A stretch of 64,000 bases of DNA from Camelus dromedarius (Eukaryota). The stretch covers positions 15,190,001-15,254,000 of the forward strand of contig NC_087436.1 in assembly GCF_036321535.1 (NCBI RefSeq), read 5' to 3'. The notes under the pieces are model-generated. The model ran no database searches. It had not been told where the DNA came from and was given only the letters and a program-made list of their open reading frames with translations. Shown here piece by piece: positions 12,280-25,451 of the stretch (position 1 is its first letter; the number at the start of each line of letters is the position of its first letter). A program made the position numbers and the translations under genes.

Positions 12280-13630
12280 AGGCCTGGATGCTTGTATTTA
12301 CCATTACTTCTTCTTGAAATGATACAAAAATGACAGCAAGTACATAAACAGAGCATAAATGCACAATAGCAAAGCTATTGAGACAGAAGATGATCAATGC
12401 AGGAGGCCCAACATCTGAATGGTAGGAGCTGTGGGAAGGGAGAACAGACAGAGGGGGGACTGCCAGCCAAATAATTCAAAATTTTTATCCAGAACTGAAA
12501 GACATAAATTTCCAGATTGAGATCGTCAATGGAATGTCCAATTCAAGAGATGAAAAAAGACCCACATAAAGAGGCAACGTTTTGAAATTTCATAACACTA
12601 GGAATAAAGAAAAGATCCAAAAATCAACCAGAGGCGGGGAAAAAAAACAGGGGACATACAAAGGCTGAGAAGCAAATGGCACCCACACTTATCAATAGCA
12701 GCACTGAAAACTAGAATAGAGCGATGCCTTTAAAAAGTCTAAACGGGGAAGAAAAAAAAATTCTGGGGGAAATGATTTCCAGCTAGAGTTTTAAGCCCAT
12801 CCAAATGGTCAATTAAGTATGGGGTTCAAACAAAGATGCTGTCAAATATGCATCTCAAAAATATTTACTGCCAATGTGTCCTTTCTCAAGAAGCTACAAG
12901 AAGATGTGCCTTCCCCAAACAAGGAAATAAACCAAGAAAGAAGACACAGCATGGGAACAAGGAAACAGTAGATCCAACACATTCATGAAGTGAAGGGGAT
13001 CCCCAGGATGATAAAGAAGACGATAGGGTTATTCAGGGAGACAGCTGTGTATCAGGACCAGGGAGCAGCCGACCCACATTGGAACAACAGGGAGCAGAGG
13101 GCTCCAGAAGCCTGTCTCTAAAACAAAGATGAAACTGATCGACAATTTTATATTTGGCTGTACTGAGATGCAACTTATATGGAAATTAAAAGCTTATGCA
13201 TAAATTGGGAACCTACAAACCTAAGCAAAGGAAAACATAATTTGGTAAAAATTTAAAATTTTTAAAATATGTAACTACAATATACTACATAACCCAGCTT
13301 TGACTCCTAATAACATGGTCATAATAATATAAACCTTAAGTACTGAGTGAACAAAATCAGGACGAATGGGTGAAGGGAACTGGGAACAGTATAGGCACGA
13401 GGGTGCAAGAGAGGTAAACGTCTCATTTTCCACAGTAAAATAAATAGATACTATTTAAAAGAAGAAAATGATTAGCAGAACAATGTTGTTGTCTTTGTCT
13501 GAATATGAAAGTCAAATTAGGAGAAACAGATGAAAGGGTTGAAAATAGTTCCCTCTAAATAGGAAGTGGGAATCCGAATAAGAAGGAAGATGGCACAGAG
13601 GATGGATGGTTTTTCTTAGAAACTACGACA
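12280..13630 (+). mobile_element. HAL1-like / ancient L1 ORF1 relic
   Basis: Decayed ORF1-type sequence (GGCCCAACATCTGAATGGTAGGAG; CCAGAACTGAAAGACAT...TTCCAGATTGA; GAAATTTCATAACACTAGGAATAAAGAAAAGATCC) followed by non-ORF2 3' sequence. Boundaries approximate. Confidence 0.55.
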
Positions 13631-13636
13631 GAAATG

Positions 13637-14060
13637 TTGTTGCATACCATTCTTCTCTTTTTCCTTGATAATAGGATCCCAATTTTATTCAGGAGAGCAG
13701 TATGTTAAGATAAAACCCCAGGTTTCTCTGTCACCATTGCACCTAGCTGCTGCAATGTTCATTCTGGCCAATGAGATGTAAGCAGAAGCTGGTGGGTATC
13801 ATCTAGCTTTTATCCTTCCCTTTTTCCTGTCTGCTTCCTGGAATGCAGACGTGCATGGCTGGAGCTTATTGTGACTAAGGACAGAGAAGCAGAAAGCTAG
13901 AAGGAGCTTATGTTTCTGATAACATCAGGAATTGCCAAACAAGCCCTGGACTCTCTAGCACCTAAACAGCTTTTACTATAAAAAATAAGCCTTATATATT
14001 TAAGACACTGTTACTTGGGGGTTTCTAGTAAATGCAGCTGAAACTAATTCTAGGTAATCC
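13637..14060 (+). mobile_element. Old MLT1 (J/K/L-like) MaLR LTR
   Basis: TTCTGGCCAATGAGATGTAAGCAGAAG, CTTCCTGGAATGCAGACGTG, AGCCCTGGACT, TTTAAGACACTGTTA...TGCAGCTGAAACTAATTC resemble recalled MLT1 motifs. Confidence 0.7.
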
Positions 14061-14309
14061 ATATACTTTAAGCATGTATCTGACTTGTTAAACTACATAT
14101 GTGTACCTTGGATGAAAATTAAAATGTAAAGAAAGGATGGTCAGCAAATGTATGGAGAAAAGAACTGCCAAATGCCCACTTTGGCAAACTTCTTTAGGAC
14201 CCGGAATGTCCACCAGATGAATGATGCTCGTACCTTCACAGACCTCGTTGCTAAACAGACATCCGAGACAAAAAATATACTGCATGGACTTATGGCAGAT
14301 GAGACGTTA

Positions 14310-14775
14310 TACAGGAAAAAAAAAAGATACCTGACTTGAAGATATAGTAATAGAAACTACATACAAGTGCACAGAGAAAAATGAAATTTAAAAAATGAAA
14401 AAACCCTCAGTAAGCTATGAGATATCTTTAAGAAGCCTAAGGCCTATGAAATGGGAGTCCTTGAAAAAAAAGTAGGGGTAAGGAAGAGATCGATGAAAAT
14501 ATATATTTGAAGAAATAATGGTGAAATTTTTCCATATCTGGTAAAACCTATATATACACAGATCTAAGAAGCTAAACAAATCTCAAACACAAATCACATC
14601 CCAATAAAATTGCTCAAAGCCAATGATAAAACAAAAACCTTAAAATCAGCCAGAGGGGAAAAAAGACATGCATACAGAAGAATAATAAGGATTATGGAAG
14701 ACTTCTTATCAGACACAATGGAAGTGACAAGACATTGGAATAATATCTTTAAAGTAAAGGGGAAAAAAAAACACC
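14310..14775 (+). mobile_element. Old L1 ORF1 fragment
   Basis: ATATTTGAAGAAATAATGGTGAAATTTTTCCA...ACAGATCTAAGAAGCT...GACTTCTTATCAGACACAATGGAAG, a decayed ORF1 pattern. Confidence 0.7.
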
Positions 14776-14779
14776 ACAA

Positions 14780-16065
14780 AAAAAAGAAAATTATAGGTCA
14801 CTATCACTAAACATAGATGCAAAAATTCTCAACAAAATATTAGCAAACCAAATTCAACAATATACGAAAAGGGTCATAAACAGTGGTCAAGTGGGGTTCA
14901 CCCCAGGGATGCACTGATGGTTCAATATCTGCAAATCAATCAACATGAAACGAATGGGAGTACACCAAACTAAAAAGCTTTTGTACAGCAAAGGAAACTA
15001 TCAACAAAATGAAAAGGCAGCTTGCTGAATGGGAGAAGATATTTGTAAATAGTATTTTCAATAAGGTGTTAATGTCCAAAATATATACAGAACTCACAAA
15101 ACTCAACACCAAAAAACAAACAACCTGATTAAAAACTGGACAGAGGAAGTAAATAGACATTTTTCCAAAGGAGACATTGAAATGGCCAATAAGCACATGA
15201 AATGATGCTCAACATCACTAATCGTCAAGAGAAATGCAAATCAAAACCACAGTGAGATAGCACCTCACTCCTGTCAGAAAGGTTATTTTCAAAAAGACAA
15301 CAAAGTAACAAGTATTGACAAGAATATGGAGTAAAGAAAACCCTCATGCAGTATTGATGGGAATGTTAATTGGTGCAGTCACTATGGAAAACAGTGTGGA
15401 GTTTCCTCAAAAAATTAAAAATAGAACTACCATATGATCCAGCAATTCTACTTCTGAGTATTTTTCCAAAGAAAGCAAAAACACTAATTTGAGAAGATAT
15501 ATGCACCCCTATGTTCATTGTAGCATGAATTACAACAGCCAAGATACGGAAGCAAGTTAAGTTCCATTGATAGATGAGTGGATAAAGAAGATGGAATATT
15601 ACTCAGCTATAAAAAGAATAAAAACTTGCAACACCATGGATAGACCTATGCTAAGTGAAGTAAGACAAAGAAAGACAAATACTATACGATTTCACTTATA
15701 TGCAGAATCTAAAAAACAAAACAAATGAACAAACAACAAAACGGAAACAGACTCATTGATACAGAGAACAATTGGTGGTTTCCAGAGGGTAGGGGGTTAG
15801 GAGGATAAGGGAAATAGGTGAGGGAGATTAAGAGGTCCAAATTTCCGTTTACAAAATAAGTAAGTCACAGGGATGTAATGTACAGCATAGGGAATATAGT
15901 CAATAATATTGTGATAACTTTGTACGGTGATGGGTGGTAATTATGGCATGGTGATCATTTTGTAACACACAAAAATATTGAATAACTATTGTATACTCCT
16001 GAAAGTAATATAGTATTATAAGTTAATTGCACCTCAATTTTAAAATGCAAAATTTAAATGTAAAA
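14780..16065 (+). mobile_element. 5'-truncated L1 with internal ORF2 deletion, ORF2 3' end plus 3'UTR
   Basis: Homologous to the young L1 ~27020-27190, then jumps at ~14950 to homology with ~28455 onward. Ends in an L1MA-type 3'UTR and A-rich tail. Confidence 0.8.
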
Positions 16066-16069
16066 AAAG

Positions 16070-16745
16070 GAAATTCAAATTTAAAAACAGCATCATTTAT
16101 AATAGCACCAAATATAACATACTTAGGGATAAATCTGACAAAATTGTGCCAGATATATACACTGAAAACTATAAAACATTGCTGAGAGAAATCAAACAAG
16201 AACTAAATTAAACAAGATTCAATATTGTGAAGTGTCAGCTCTTCCCAACTTAATCTATAGATTCGACGCAATCTCAAAGTCCCGGCAACTTTTTTTGTAG
16301 AGATTGACAAACTGATTCTAAAATGTATGTGGAAAGACAAAGGACTTAGAGTAGTCAAAACAACTTTGAAAAAGAAGAACGATGTTGGACAGCTAACATT
16401 AACCAATTTCAAGATTTATTATGAGGCTATAATAATCAACCCAGGGTTATACACATGTAAAGATAGCCAATAAATCAACAGAACAAAATAGTCCAGAAAT
16501 AGATCCACATATACATGAACAACTGCTTTTTTTTTTAAACAGTGGTGCAAAGGCAGTGCAGTAGAGAGATGACAGTCTTTTCCAAAATTGGTGCTGAAAC
16601 AATTAAACACTCATTTAAAAAAAAAAGAAAAAGAACTTTGAGCCATACCTTATGCCAGACATAAAAGTCAACCCAAAATGTTAAACCAAAAGCTATAAAA
16701 TGTCCAGAGGAAAACATACAAGGAAATCTTTGTGACTGGTTCCCA
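16070..16745 (+). mobile_element. Old L1 ORF2 fragment
   Basis: ATACTTAGGGATAAATCTGACAAAA...CTGAAAACTATAAAACATTGCTGAGAGAAATCAAA...GACAAACTGATTCTAAAATGTATGTGGAAA, decayed post-RT ORF2. Confidence 0.75.
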
Positions 16746-19727
16746 GATTTATTAAATTCTGGAGTTCCTCTTCTATAATGCAAGAAACCTTTTGCACAAG
16801 GAGGGTGACATCTGGCTATCGCCCTGCCCTGAAAGGGGACAGTGGGATGTGAGGAACCCATGTGACTATTAAAACCCTGCCTCTGATCCAGAAACCTCAC
16901 GTTTGCTCTCAGGACTACATATACATGTACACATACATTTACATATACATATGCATACACATAAACTTGTCTGTATGTTTGGGAAACTTTTAGACTTTGA
17001 AATCACACTATTCACCCCCACCCCAGGTAACTCCAACACTCTCATGGTCTGAACTCCCACTTAACTTCTTGTGATTCCCATATTTATATTTCTAGTCCAG
17101 ACTTCTTAGTTTTCAGACTGGTATTTTCCACTAGCCCTGCACACATTCACTGAGATGTCTCACTGACACCTCAAACTCCACGCACCCCAAGCCGCACTTG
17201 GTATCCTCTCCCATACCTCCACTTATTTTTCTGTGGAGGCATCAGCTGTACTGGGTCACCCACACCAGAAACCTGGTGATCACCAAATGCCCGTGACAGT
17301 ACAAGAAAGGCAAGATCCACATATAATTTCAATGTTTGTAGCCAGAACGACTGAGGGAGTGGTTTCTTATTAACAGAAAAAAAAAAAAAAAAAAAACAAG
17401 TCCAGGGGCAGAACATCACATTCTGGAGGGAAGACATTGAGATGGTGGACGTGTTGATTTCAAGGTGCCGGCAGGGCTTACAGGCGGAGATTTCCAGCAG
17501 TCAGCTGGAAATGCCACTGTACATGACAGACTGCTTATCTTGGTTACAGAAATGAAAGCTCAAGAGCTCTTCTGAAAAGTTTAAGCTGTGGTTTGACAGG
17601 AATCATCCTGTTTCTAAGAGTGAAAACACTCAGAAGCGTTCGGCTGTGGAGGACAGACCTTAGGGAAGAAGAGAAAGAGAGCTTGAAGGAGGAGGCGGGG
17701 GAGGCGGGGCATTTGGAGGATGCTTTTCTGCCCCATTAAAGCACAGGCAGCACCAATCACAGTTTTTGTGGTAGGTCCTCTACTAGAGGCTTCTTTCTGT
17801 CAAAATCTCTCCCCTCTGTTCCTACTCCCTCTCTTACCCTGTTTTCCCTAGTCTGGCGTGCCTGCGTGGGAGAATGCAGGGTGAAGGACAAAGGTCTGGC
17901 TGCAGGCTTTTCACTCCACTGCATCAGAGACGCAGACAGTAAGGAAGAGGTTCGCAGGAAGTCTTAAGGCTCCAGCGGCCCTTTTTGATTTGTGCATGAA
18001 TGCTGTGGAGTTGACAGCCTGCCTGCGAGAGGCTGAAGGGATATGTGTTCTGCACGTCTGGAATTTATTCCTTTGGCTCTCCAAGATGTGACACCACATA
18101 ATGGCTGTGAAGGAGTCATTTTGATCCTGTGACTCTCTTGGCAAAAGTTCCAGAAAGACATATGGACATAATCTTCTGGACATTTGTAGAAGAGCCTTCC
18201 CTCTGGGACTGTCTTTGCAGGCTTCAGTTCACTTCAAGTCCTCTGGCTCTCACTTTTGCTTTATTCTGTTTTTCCTGAGGGGATAAAAAGCGAAATTGTA
18301 TTCAATGGAAAGAAGCAAAAATATTAATGTAAGAGCAAGTCATCATTATGACACGTATCAATCTCTCACCTCTCAGGCGGTGCACAGAAGCAGGGCTCTG
18401 AGTATTCACCCAGCCATGATTAAGAAAAAAAAGGTCTGGGGGATCTTAAGACACACGATGAAAACACGAGTTTTTACCATGCTGGGAGCCAGCATCCTCA
18501 GCTATAAATTTACAGAGAGGTGATGCAAACAAAACAGTCTTCCTAGGAATGAAACCTTGCTTAAATGTTATCCTGCAACAAGCTCTTCAGAATCTAGGAC
18601 CCTACATATCAGGTATATTTGAGGAATTACTTATATCTTGTTGACACAGATTTCAATCTCTATATATTTTTATTTTAAAATAGTTGAGATAACACAATAA
18701 ATCTGGCTAAATTTCCCCTAAGTTCTGTGTGTGTTTTGGGAAGTAACCACTTGTTCAGTTTAAACTTCATGTATGGCCTTTATTTAATCTTGATCCTTGG
18801 TTCTTACCTTGATAAGTCTAATATGGTGATAGAAAAAAACTCAGAAAATACCAAAGCTCAGACGTCAGTCCAAAGAAAATGACTATGCCTGTCCCTAAAG
18901 TCCCCCCTTAAAACTAGCTCCCAGTGGAATGCCAGTTAAGAGGTCTGCTAGGAGCCAATCTTGATTCATTTACTAGTGTTTTTGTGAATCCTCTTTGAGA
19001 AAATTCCTTGGAGTTGTACCGCTGGGAAAAGGAGAGTGACTGAAACCGTGGAGACAGAGGTTCCCTGGGGTACGAGGTCTTCTTTGCTTAGTGATTTTCC
19101 CCTCAGGAAGCACTCAGTCACCTTGGTAAAAAATTGCCTTGGGTGATGGCCAGCCTCAAAGCGACAGGTTTTGTTTTTTTTTTAATCTCAGTGGTCACTA
19201 CACTACCAAGTTCTAAGCAAATGACTGTTCTATGAACCTTGGTTGAGAAAAATGAGTGATCGTGCACTCTGCTGTGTTCCTACTTAGCATGGCTATGCAT
19301 GAAGTCAGTCTTGTAGTATCTGATGGTAGATCCAGAGAATAACAGATCTCGCAAATGCTCAAGAGGTCATCTGACCCAGCCTCCTGATGCTCAAGGCTAG
19401 TACATAGTAAGCTGCAGGGATGCAGGCACTGAGAAGTCTGTCAGGACCTTAGATGATATTTGCACAAATTTGCACGTACAAACAAAATTCCCTGGCACGT
19501 GTTGGAGACAGAATGGAGGGATGTGGGTTCAGCATATCCATGGCTTTCTTTTTGTGGCTGGAAACAAGACTGCTGATAGGTCCTCTGTTTTACCCAAGGA
19601 GGACAAACTTCTTTTCTTAGCTTTGGTACAAACAAATGAACCAGAAAAGGGCTCCAATTTGTCTTATTTGGGTCAGATAGTCCCTTCCTCCATGACCCAA
19701 TAAACCATGGTTCTTTGTGTGTGTATA

Positions 19728-19905
19728 GTAGGTCTGGCTTCACGGACTTGCAACCTGTGTGGTGGCACAGGGACCTGTGCTTGGAAGGATCTCATGCTTG
19801 TTTAATGCTCTGCTGTTGCCACCCAGAAATTCTTAATAATGTTTGCACAATGGATTCTGCATTTTAATTTTGCACTGGACCACCAAAATTGTGTAACCAA
19901 CCCTG
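19728..19905 (+). mobile_element. MER91-like hAT DNA transposon relic
   Basis: TTTAATGCTCTGCTGTTGCC...GAAATTCTTAATAAT...ATTTTAATTTTGCACTGGACC...AAATTGTGTAACCAACCCTG matches the recalled MER91/Zaphod pattern. Confidence 0.65.
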
Positions 19906-20179
19906 GCATGGAGTCCTAGCTCAACCTGGCAATCCCTAACATAGTCATGTGGATAGTGTAGGTGGGGAAGGGGAAATAATTTCCAGGATCAGTGGAGAGA
20001 TGGTGGCCAATACAGCTAACATAGTTCTAAGAACTGAAAGGACATGCAACACGAGAGATTTGGTCCTTGTACTCAAAAATCTCCATCTAGTAGGACAGAT
20101 TCTCTTTTTGAAAATTTGTTTTCTGCAATACCCACATGTCCAAACGAATATGTTTATCTTGGATGCTAGTGGGAACATC

Positions 20180-21040
20180 CAACAGCTATAGGGAAGTGGA
20201 GCCTCCTCGAGAAATCAAAAATAGGGCTAACATATGATCCAGTAATTCCACTTTGGGTACATATCCAAAGGAAACAAAATCATTATCTTGAAAAGATATC
20301 TGTACGACTATGTTTATTGCAGCACACAGTAGCCAAGGTATAGAAACAACTTAAGTGGTCATCGACAGATGAGTGGATAAGGAAAATGTGGTAGATAGAT
20401 AGATAAATTAATACATGAATACTATTAAATGGAATATTATTATTCAGGCTTAAAAAAGAAGGAAATCCTATCATTTGTGACAACATGGATGAAACTGAAG
20501 GGCACATGCTAAGTGATATAAGCCAGACAGAGAAAGACAGACACTGCACGGTATCACTTACATGTGGAATCTTAAAAGAAAAGAAGGAGGAGGAGGAGGA
20601 GAGGAGGAGGAGGAAGAAAGGGAAGGGGAAGGGGAATGGGAAGGAGAAGGAGAAGAACTGAACACAAAGAAACAGAGTAGAGATGTGGTTGCCAGGAGCT
20701 GGGAGGTGGAGGAAATAGATGAAGTTGGTAAAAGGGTACAAACTTTCAGTCATAAGATGAATAAAGTCTGAGGATGTACTGTATAACCTAGTAACTACCA
20801 ACTGTCAACCATAGTTGATAACACTGTATAGTGCAACTGAAATTTGCTGAGTGTAGAATTTAAATATTCTCACCACCCCTGCAAAAAAGGTAAATATGTG
20901 AGGTGATGAGTATGCTAATTAACTCAACTGTGGGAATCCTCTCACAAGGTATATGTATATCAGTCATTATGGTGTACACTTTAAATATCTTATCATTTTA
21001 TTTGTCAATTATGCCTCAATAGAGCTAAAAATGAAGAAAA
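20180..21040 (+). mobile_element. L1 3' fragment (L1MA-type 3'UTR) containing a GGA/GA-rich expansion at ~20580-20657
   Basis: CATATGATCCAGTAATTCCAC...GATGAGTGGATAAGGAAAATGTGG...GCTAAGTGATATAAGCCAGACAGAGAAAGACA followed by a typical 3'UTR. Confidence 0.85.
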
Positions 21041-22465
21041 TATAGGGAGAATGTGCACCTTTGCTTTCAACATCACAAAGACTAGTTTCTATAAAACTCT
21101 AAGCTGGTCTGTGAAGAGTCTCTTGCACAATAAGAGTGACACCTTCCAGCAGCAGTCACTTACAATTACAGACTGTTAAAAACATTGTTTCTACCAAAAT
21201 CCATAGAGAATAGGACAAAGTAAGCCCTGGAACGGTGTCTGTAGCCTAGTCAGGACTCAATGAATAGACATGGGGAGAAATGGAAGCAGGAAGCTGAGTG
21301 AAGAAGAAAAGGAAGGAACGAAGGAAAGAGGGACATAAGTTGGCCGTACTCCATTCTTCAAGGTAGTCAGGTTGTCCAGGAAGACAGTGGGCGGAAACCA
21401 TAAAGATAAAGGGTAAGCTGTACCTAGAACAGTCAATTTTATGAAATGTTAATTGGGCTTACTCTCAGAACTCTTCCTTTCACTATTATGTTTAACACCA
21501 AACATTAAAATATTAATCAGGAAATTCCATCTGTCCCACCATTTTAAGTTATGAAATTCCTTTTCTTCTGAAAACTAAAAGTGATCCTCTTAGCGCATTG
21601 AGCATTCTGAGGGAGCCCCAAGCAACCCTGAACGAAGACTCGAGAGTGTCATTTCCTTTGATACTGCAACACCTTTGAGTCACTTGCAATCTATAAATAA
21701 ACTTGCATTTTATAGGAATGGCTCTACAAAAAGCAGCATCGTGCTGGAATTCAATACACAAGGCTATTTTTAAAGGTGTTTTGATTTTGAAAAATTAATT
21801 ATAGGCTCTAGATAACACAGGAGTTAGAACTTGGCCTCCTACAAGTTTTCTGTTGCTTAACAACTCTGTAAAACAATTCTTCTGTGCTTTATTTTAAGTG
21901 CACGTCAATGTTACTCGAAGATTTCATTGATTATGGCTGCCTCGTTCTACAGCAGGGGAAATGGAATTACTAACATTCTGAAATCAGCTGTTAATGTTGT
22001 TTACCTTTAAATATGTATGTTTGGAGCTCCTGTATTTAGATCTCTTTGGTTTCCCTAGGTCTAAAATAAACAGCTATCTGACACCACAGTGAATCTTTGA
22101 CACTAAATATTCCTTTAAAAATATGTAAAAGAGAAAAGCAAGGAAAATTTTGAGGCAATGTTCATCTTGGCAGAAAGGCATATTCAAATGTAAATCAATG
22201 AAAAAATAACCTTATGAAATAATGAACACTTTAGGCCTAAATATATTTTTCCGGTTGAACTTGTTAGTTGATTTTGTATCAGGGGAAAACAGAGAAGAAT
22301 TCTCGACATAGATGAGACTTGGGTGAAACCACATGCCCGGGAAACATGATAGCCTTTCTCTTATGTCAGAAGGCACAGATAGTATGATACAGAAGCTGAA
22401 GGATTTGGAAATTATAGGCATCAGAAACCAAATGTTAATTGCTCTTTCAAGAGTATGTGATTTAA

Positions 22466-24142
22466 GGGTTCCGGGAGAAGATGGTGGAGTAGAAGGACGC
22501 TCGCAGGTCACCCTCTCCCACAAATACACCAAGACCCACATCTACAGACCCACTCAGCCAACCAGAGCACCTGTGGAACTCCGACAGAACATCGCCCTCT
22601 TCAAAAGATAAAGATGCCAAAAATCTAGTAGGAGAAAAGGAAAAAAGGAAGAACAAAAGGCAAAGCAGGGCGGGACGGGTCCCGCGGGGAGGGAGCGGCA
22701 AAGGAGGACTGGCGCTCGCTCGCTGGGTCTCCCCTCTCCAACTGAGAGGCCAGCTGGACGGAGGGGGAGCCTCCGAGGCTCGGATCTGTACAGAGCAGCC
22801 CTTGACTAACAGAACTAGGTTAAACGGGCACAGAGCGTCCCCCCGACACCCAGCCTGAGACGCGGGCTGGCAGCCGCGGGCAGGGCCAGGCTTCACAAGC
22901 CCGGCGGAGGACGGGGGCGGCTGCACGGAGGCAGCCCCGGGGGAACGCAAGGGGCTGTGCGCCGTGGCTGTGGGTGCACAGGGCATAACAACCTGGGCCC
23001 TCCATAAAACAGCAAGGTTGATGTGCTCTCGGGGGAAGGGTGCACACCCCCATCTCTGAAAACCCGCGGAAGGTTTTCAGGGGAAGAGAGGCAGGGCTCA
23101 GGAACAGCCGCCATATCCTCCGGCGCTGATCACCCAGGCGGGGGCGGGGGCGAAACCTGCATCCGCACCGAAGGGCTTAGCATCCTCAAAGGCCAGACTG
23201 AGACTGGCCTGCAGCCCAGGGCAGATAGGATCCTTCCATTCTGGTCCCTCAGAGAACTTGCTCCACAAACACAAACAAGGAGCTGGGTTTTGGCTCAGAG
23301 CAGGGACAGGGCTGTGCCTCGGTCTTCCCCGAGCCCACCTGCGGAGCGCCCACCAGGGCAGAGCGCGCAGCCGCACAGACAGCAGAACTACCGGCAACGC
23401 AGGTAGAGGGAGAGCGCCCCCCCCTCCCCCGCCTTTCGGGCAGGAACACAGCCCCTGACCGAGGTGCTGGGAGGGGGCACGACCCGCCCTCCTACCCGGC
23501 CAGTCTGCAACATCTGACTGTGGCATCCAGAGGGGCAACGACCCACCCGCCCGCCCACAGCAGAGAGCTGCACCTGACCCAGTGTTAGGAGGAGGCGCGA
23601 TCTGCTTGCCGACAGGTGCTGGGAGCAGCACAGAAGAGGGCGCCAACGGAGGGCCTCTGAAAACAGCAAGCTGAGCTTCCAAAACAGGACGAAGACAGAA
23701 AGACTTCACATTAAAAGCACACAGACTCCAGGAGAACACCGACAAACCCCCCCCCCCCTTTTTTTTAAATCTGTTTTTACCTGTTCTATTTTCTATTACT
23801 CTCTTAATCTTTACTTCTTAATTCATTTCTATTTCTCTTGGGTTTTGATGTCCTGCTATTGATTAGACACAGGTTTCAAATACATCTATTCATCTCCCCC
23901 CCCCCTTTTTTTTGTAAAGTTTTTAAAAGGACGTCTCAACCCGATTAATACTCTGCTTCAACTCACTCTTTTATTATTCATTATACACTGTTTTCAAACC
24001 CTCTTTCTTCCTTCTTTTAAAATTCTTTCTCTCTATTTTTTTTTCTTTTTTTCCTAAGTTCTATTCCTAAATAGGCATCAGATAGATAAAATCCTTAAGG
24101 ACCAAAATAAACAACTGATACTCCATAAAGTGCCAAAGAGGT
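22466..24142 (+). promoter_or_regulatory. L1 5'UTR / internal Pol II promoter (CpG-rich ~22660-23720, followed by pyrimidine-rich segment)
   Basis: Lies between the 5' TSD and the ORF1 ATG. Many retained CpGs; YY1-like AAGATGG(T)GG at 22478-22487. Confidence 0.85.
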
Positions 24143-25046
24143 ATGAGCAAGATGAAGAAGCAGAAAAACCTTTCCCAATTAAAAGAACAAGAGAAATCCC
24201 CTGAAAGAAAGATCAACGAAATAGACATCGATAGCCTACTAGATCAAGATTTCAAAAAAGGAGTGATTGAATTGCTGAAGGAATTAAAAGAGATAGTGTT
24301 TAGAGATATAAAATATGTCAAAAATGAAATTGAAGCTATAAAGAAGAGCCAAGTAGAATGGGCAAACTCATTGACAGAGATGAGGAATGATCTAATAGCT
24401 GTGCAAAGCCGACTAGATAATGCAGAGGAACGAATTAGTGATCTAGAAGACAGGGCAATAGAAAGCACCCATTCAGAAGAACTACAAGAGAAGCAAATAA
24501 AAAATAATGAAAATAGCAAAAGGGACCTATGGGATAATATAAAGTGTCCCAATCTTCGCATAATAGGGGTCCCAGAAGGAGAAGAAAGATCAAAGGGGAT
24601 TGAAAAGGTTTTTGAAGAAATCATGACTGAAAACTTCCCAAACTTAAAGAAGGAATCAGATATCCAAGTACAGGAAGCTCAGAGGGTCCCAAACAGGAAG
24701 AACCCAAATAGACCCACACCAAGACATATCATAATCAAGATGGCCAGAGTCAAGGATAAAGAAATGATTCTAAAGGCAGCAAGAGAAAAGCAAAGAGTAA
24801 GTTACAAGGGAACCCCCATAAGGCTCTCAGCTGATTTCTCTACACAAACACTATAGGCCAGAAGGGAGTGGCAAGATATATTCAAAGCCCTGAATGAAAA
24901 AAAGATGCAGCCTAGGATCCTTTATCCAGCAAGGCTATCCTTGAGGATACAAGGAGAAATAAAGAGTTTCACAGACAAAAAAAAAGCTGCAGGAGTTTAG
25001 CAACACTAAACCCATGCTAAAAGAAATACTGAAAGGGCTATTCTAA
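24143..25046 (+). pseudogene. L1 ORF1p (coiled-coil/RRM/CTD RNA chaperone), disrupted
   Basis: Motifs NLRIIGVPEGEE, ENFPNL, RPTPRHIIIK, ILKAAREK, YKGTPIRLSADFS. Premature TAG at 24854-24856 (CTA TAG GCC; CAG expected) and +1 shift in the A9 run at 24977-24985. Natural stop TAA at 25044-25046 (span 904 nt = 301 codons + 1). Confidence 0.92.
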
Positions 25047-25451
25047 ATAGAAAAGCAGCAGGATGCTACAGAAATGAGAAACACACAACTGGAAAGGTGA
25101 TAACTCATGAATTACAAATAAAGTAAACATGAAATTATAAAAGAAGACATACAAATCACTGAGAGTGGGAGAGGGAGGCAGGGAAGTATAGAATATTTTT
25201 TTCTTTCTTTTTTAAATTTTTTTTAACAGTAGGATGGGTTTGAGATCATGTTACTATCAGTTTAATAAAAACAGTTATAGTAATGGGTTGACAGATTTAC
25301 AAAAAAGGGTAACCACAAGCCAAAAATTTACAAAGGAGTCACAAAAAGTAAATAGAATCCATGATAATACAAAGGAAAATTACCAAACCACAAAAGGAAG
25401 AAGAAAGGAACAAAGAGGATATACCAATTCAACTGCAAAGATAAGTTCAAA

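Noticed and set aside
20562..20771. Gly/Glu-rich ORF
   Set aside because: Translation of a (GGA)n microsatellite inside an L1 3'UTR.
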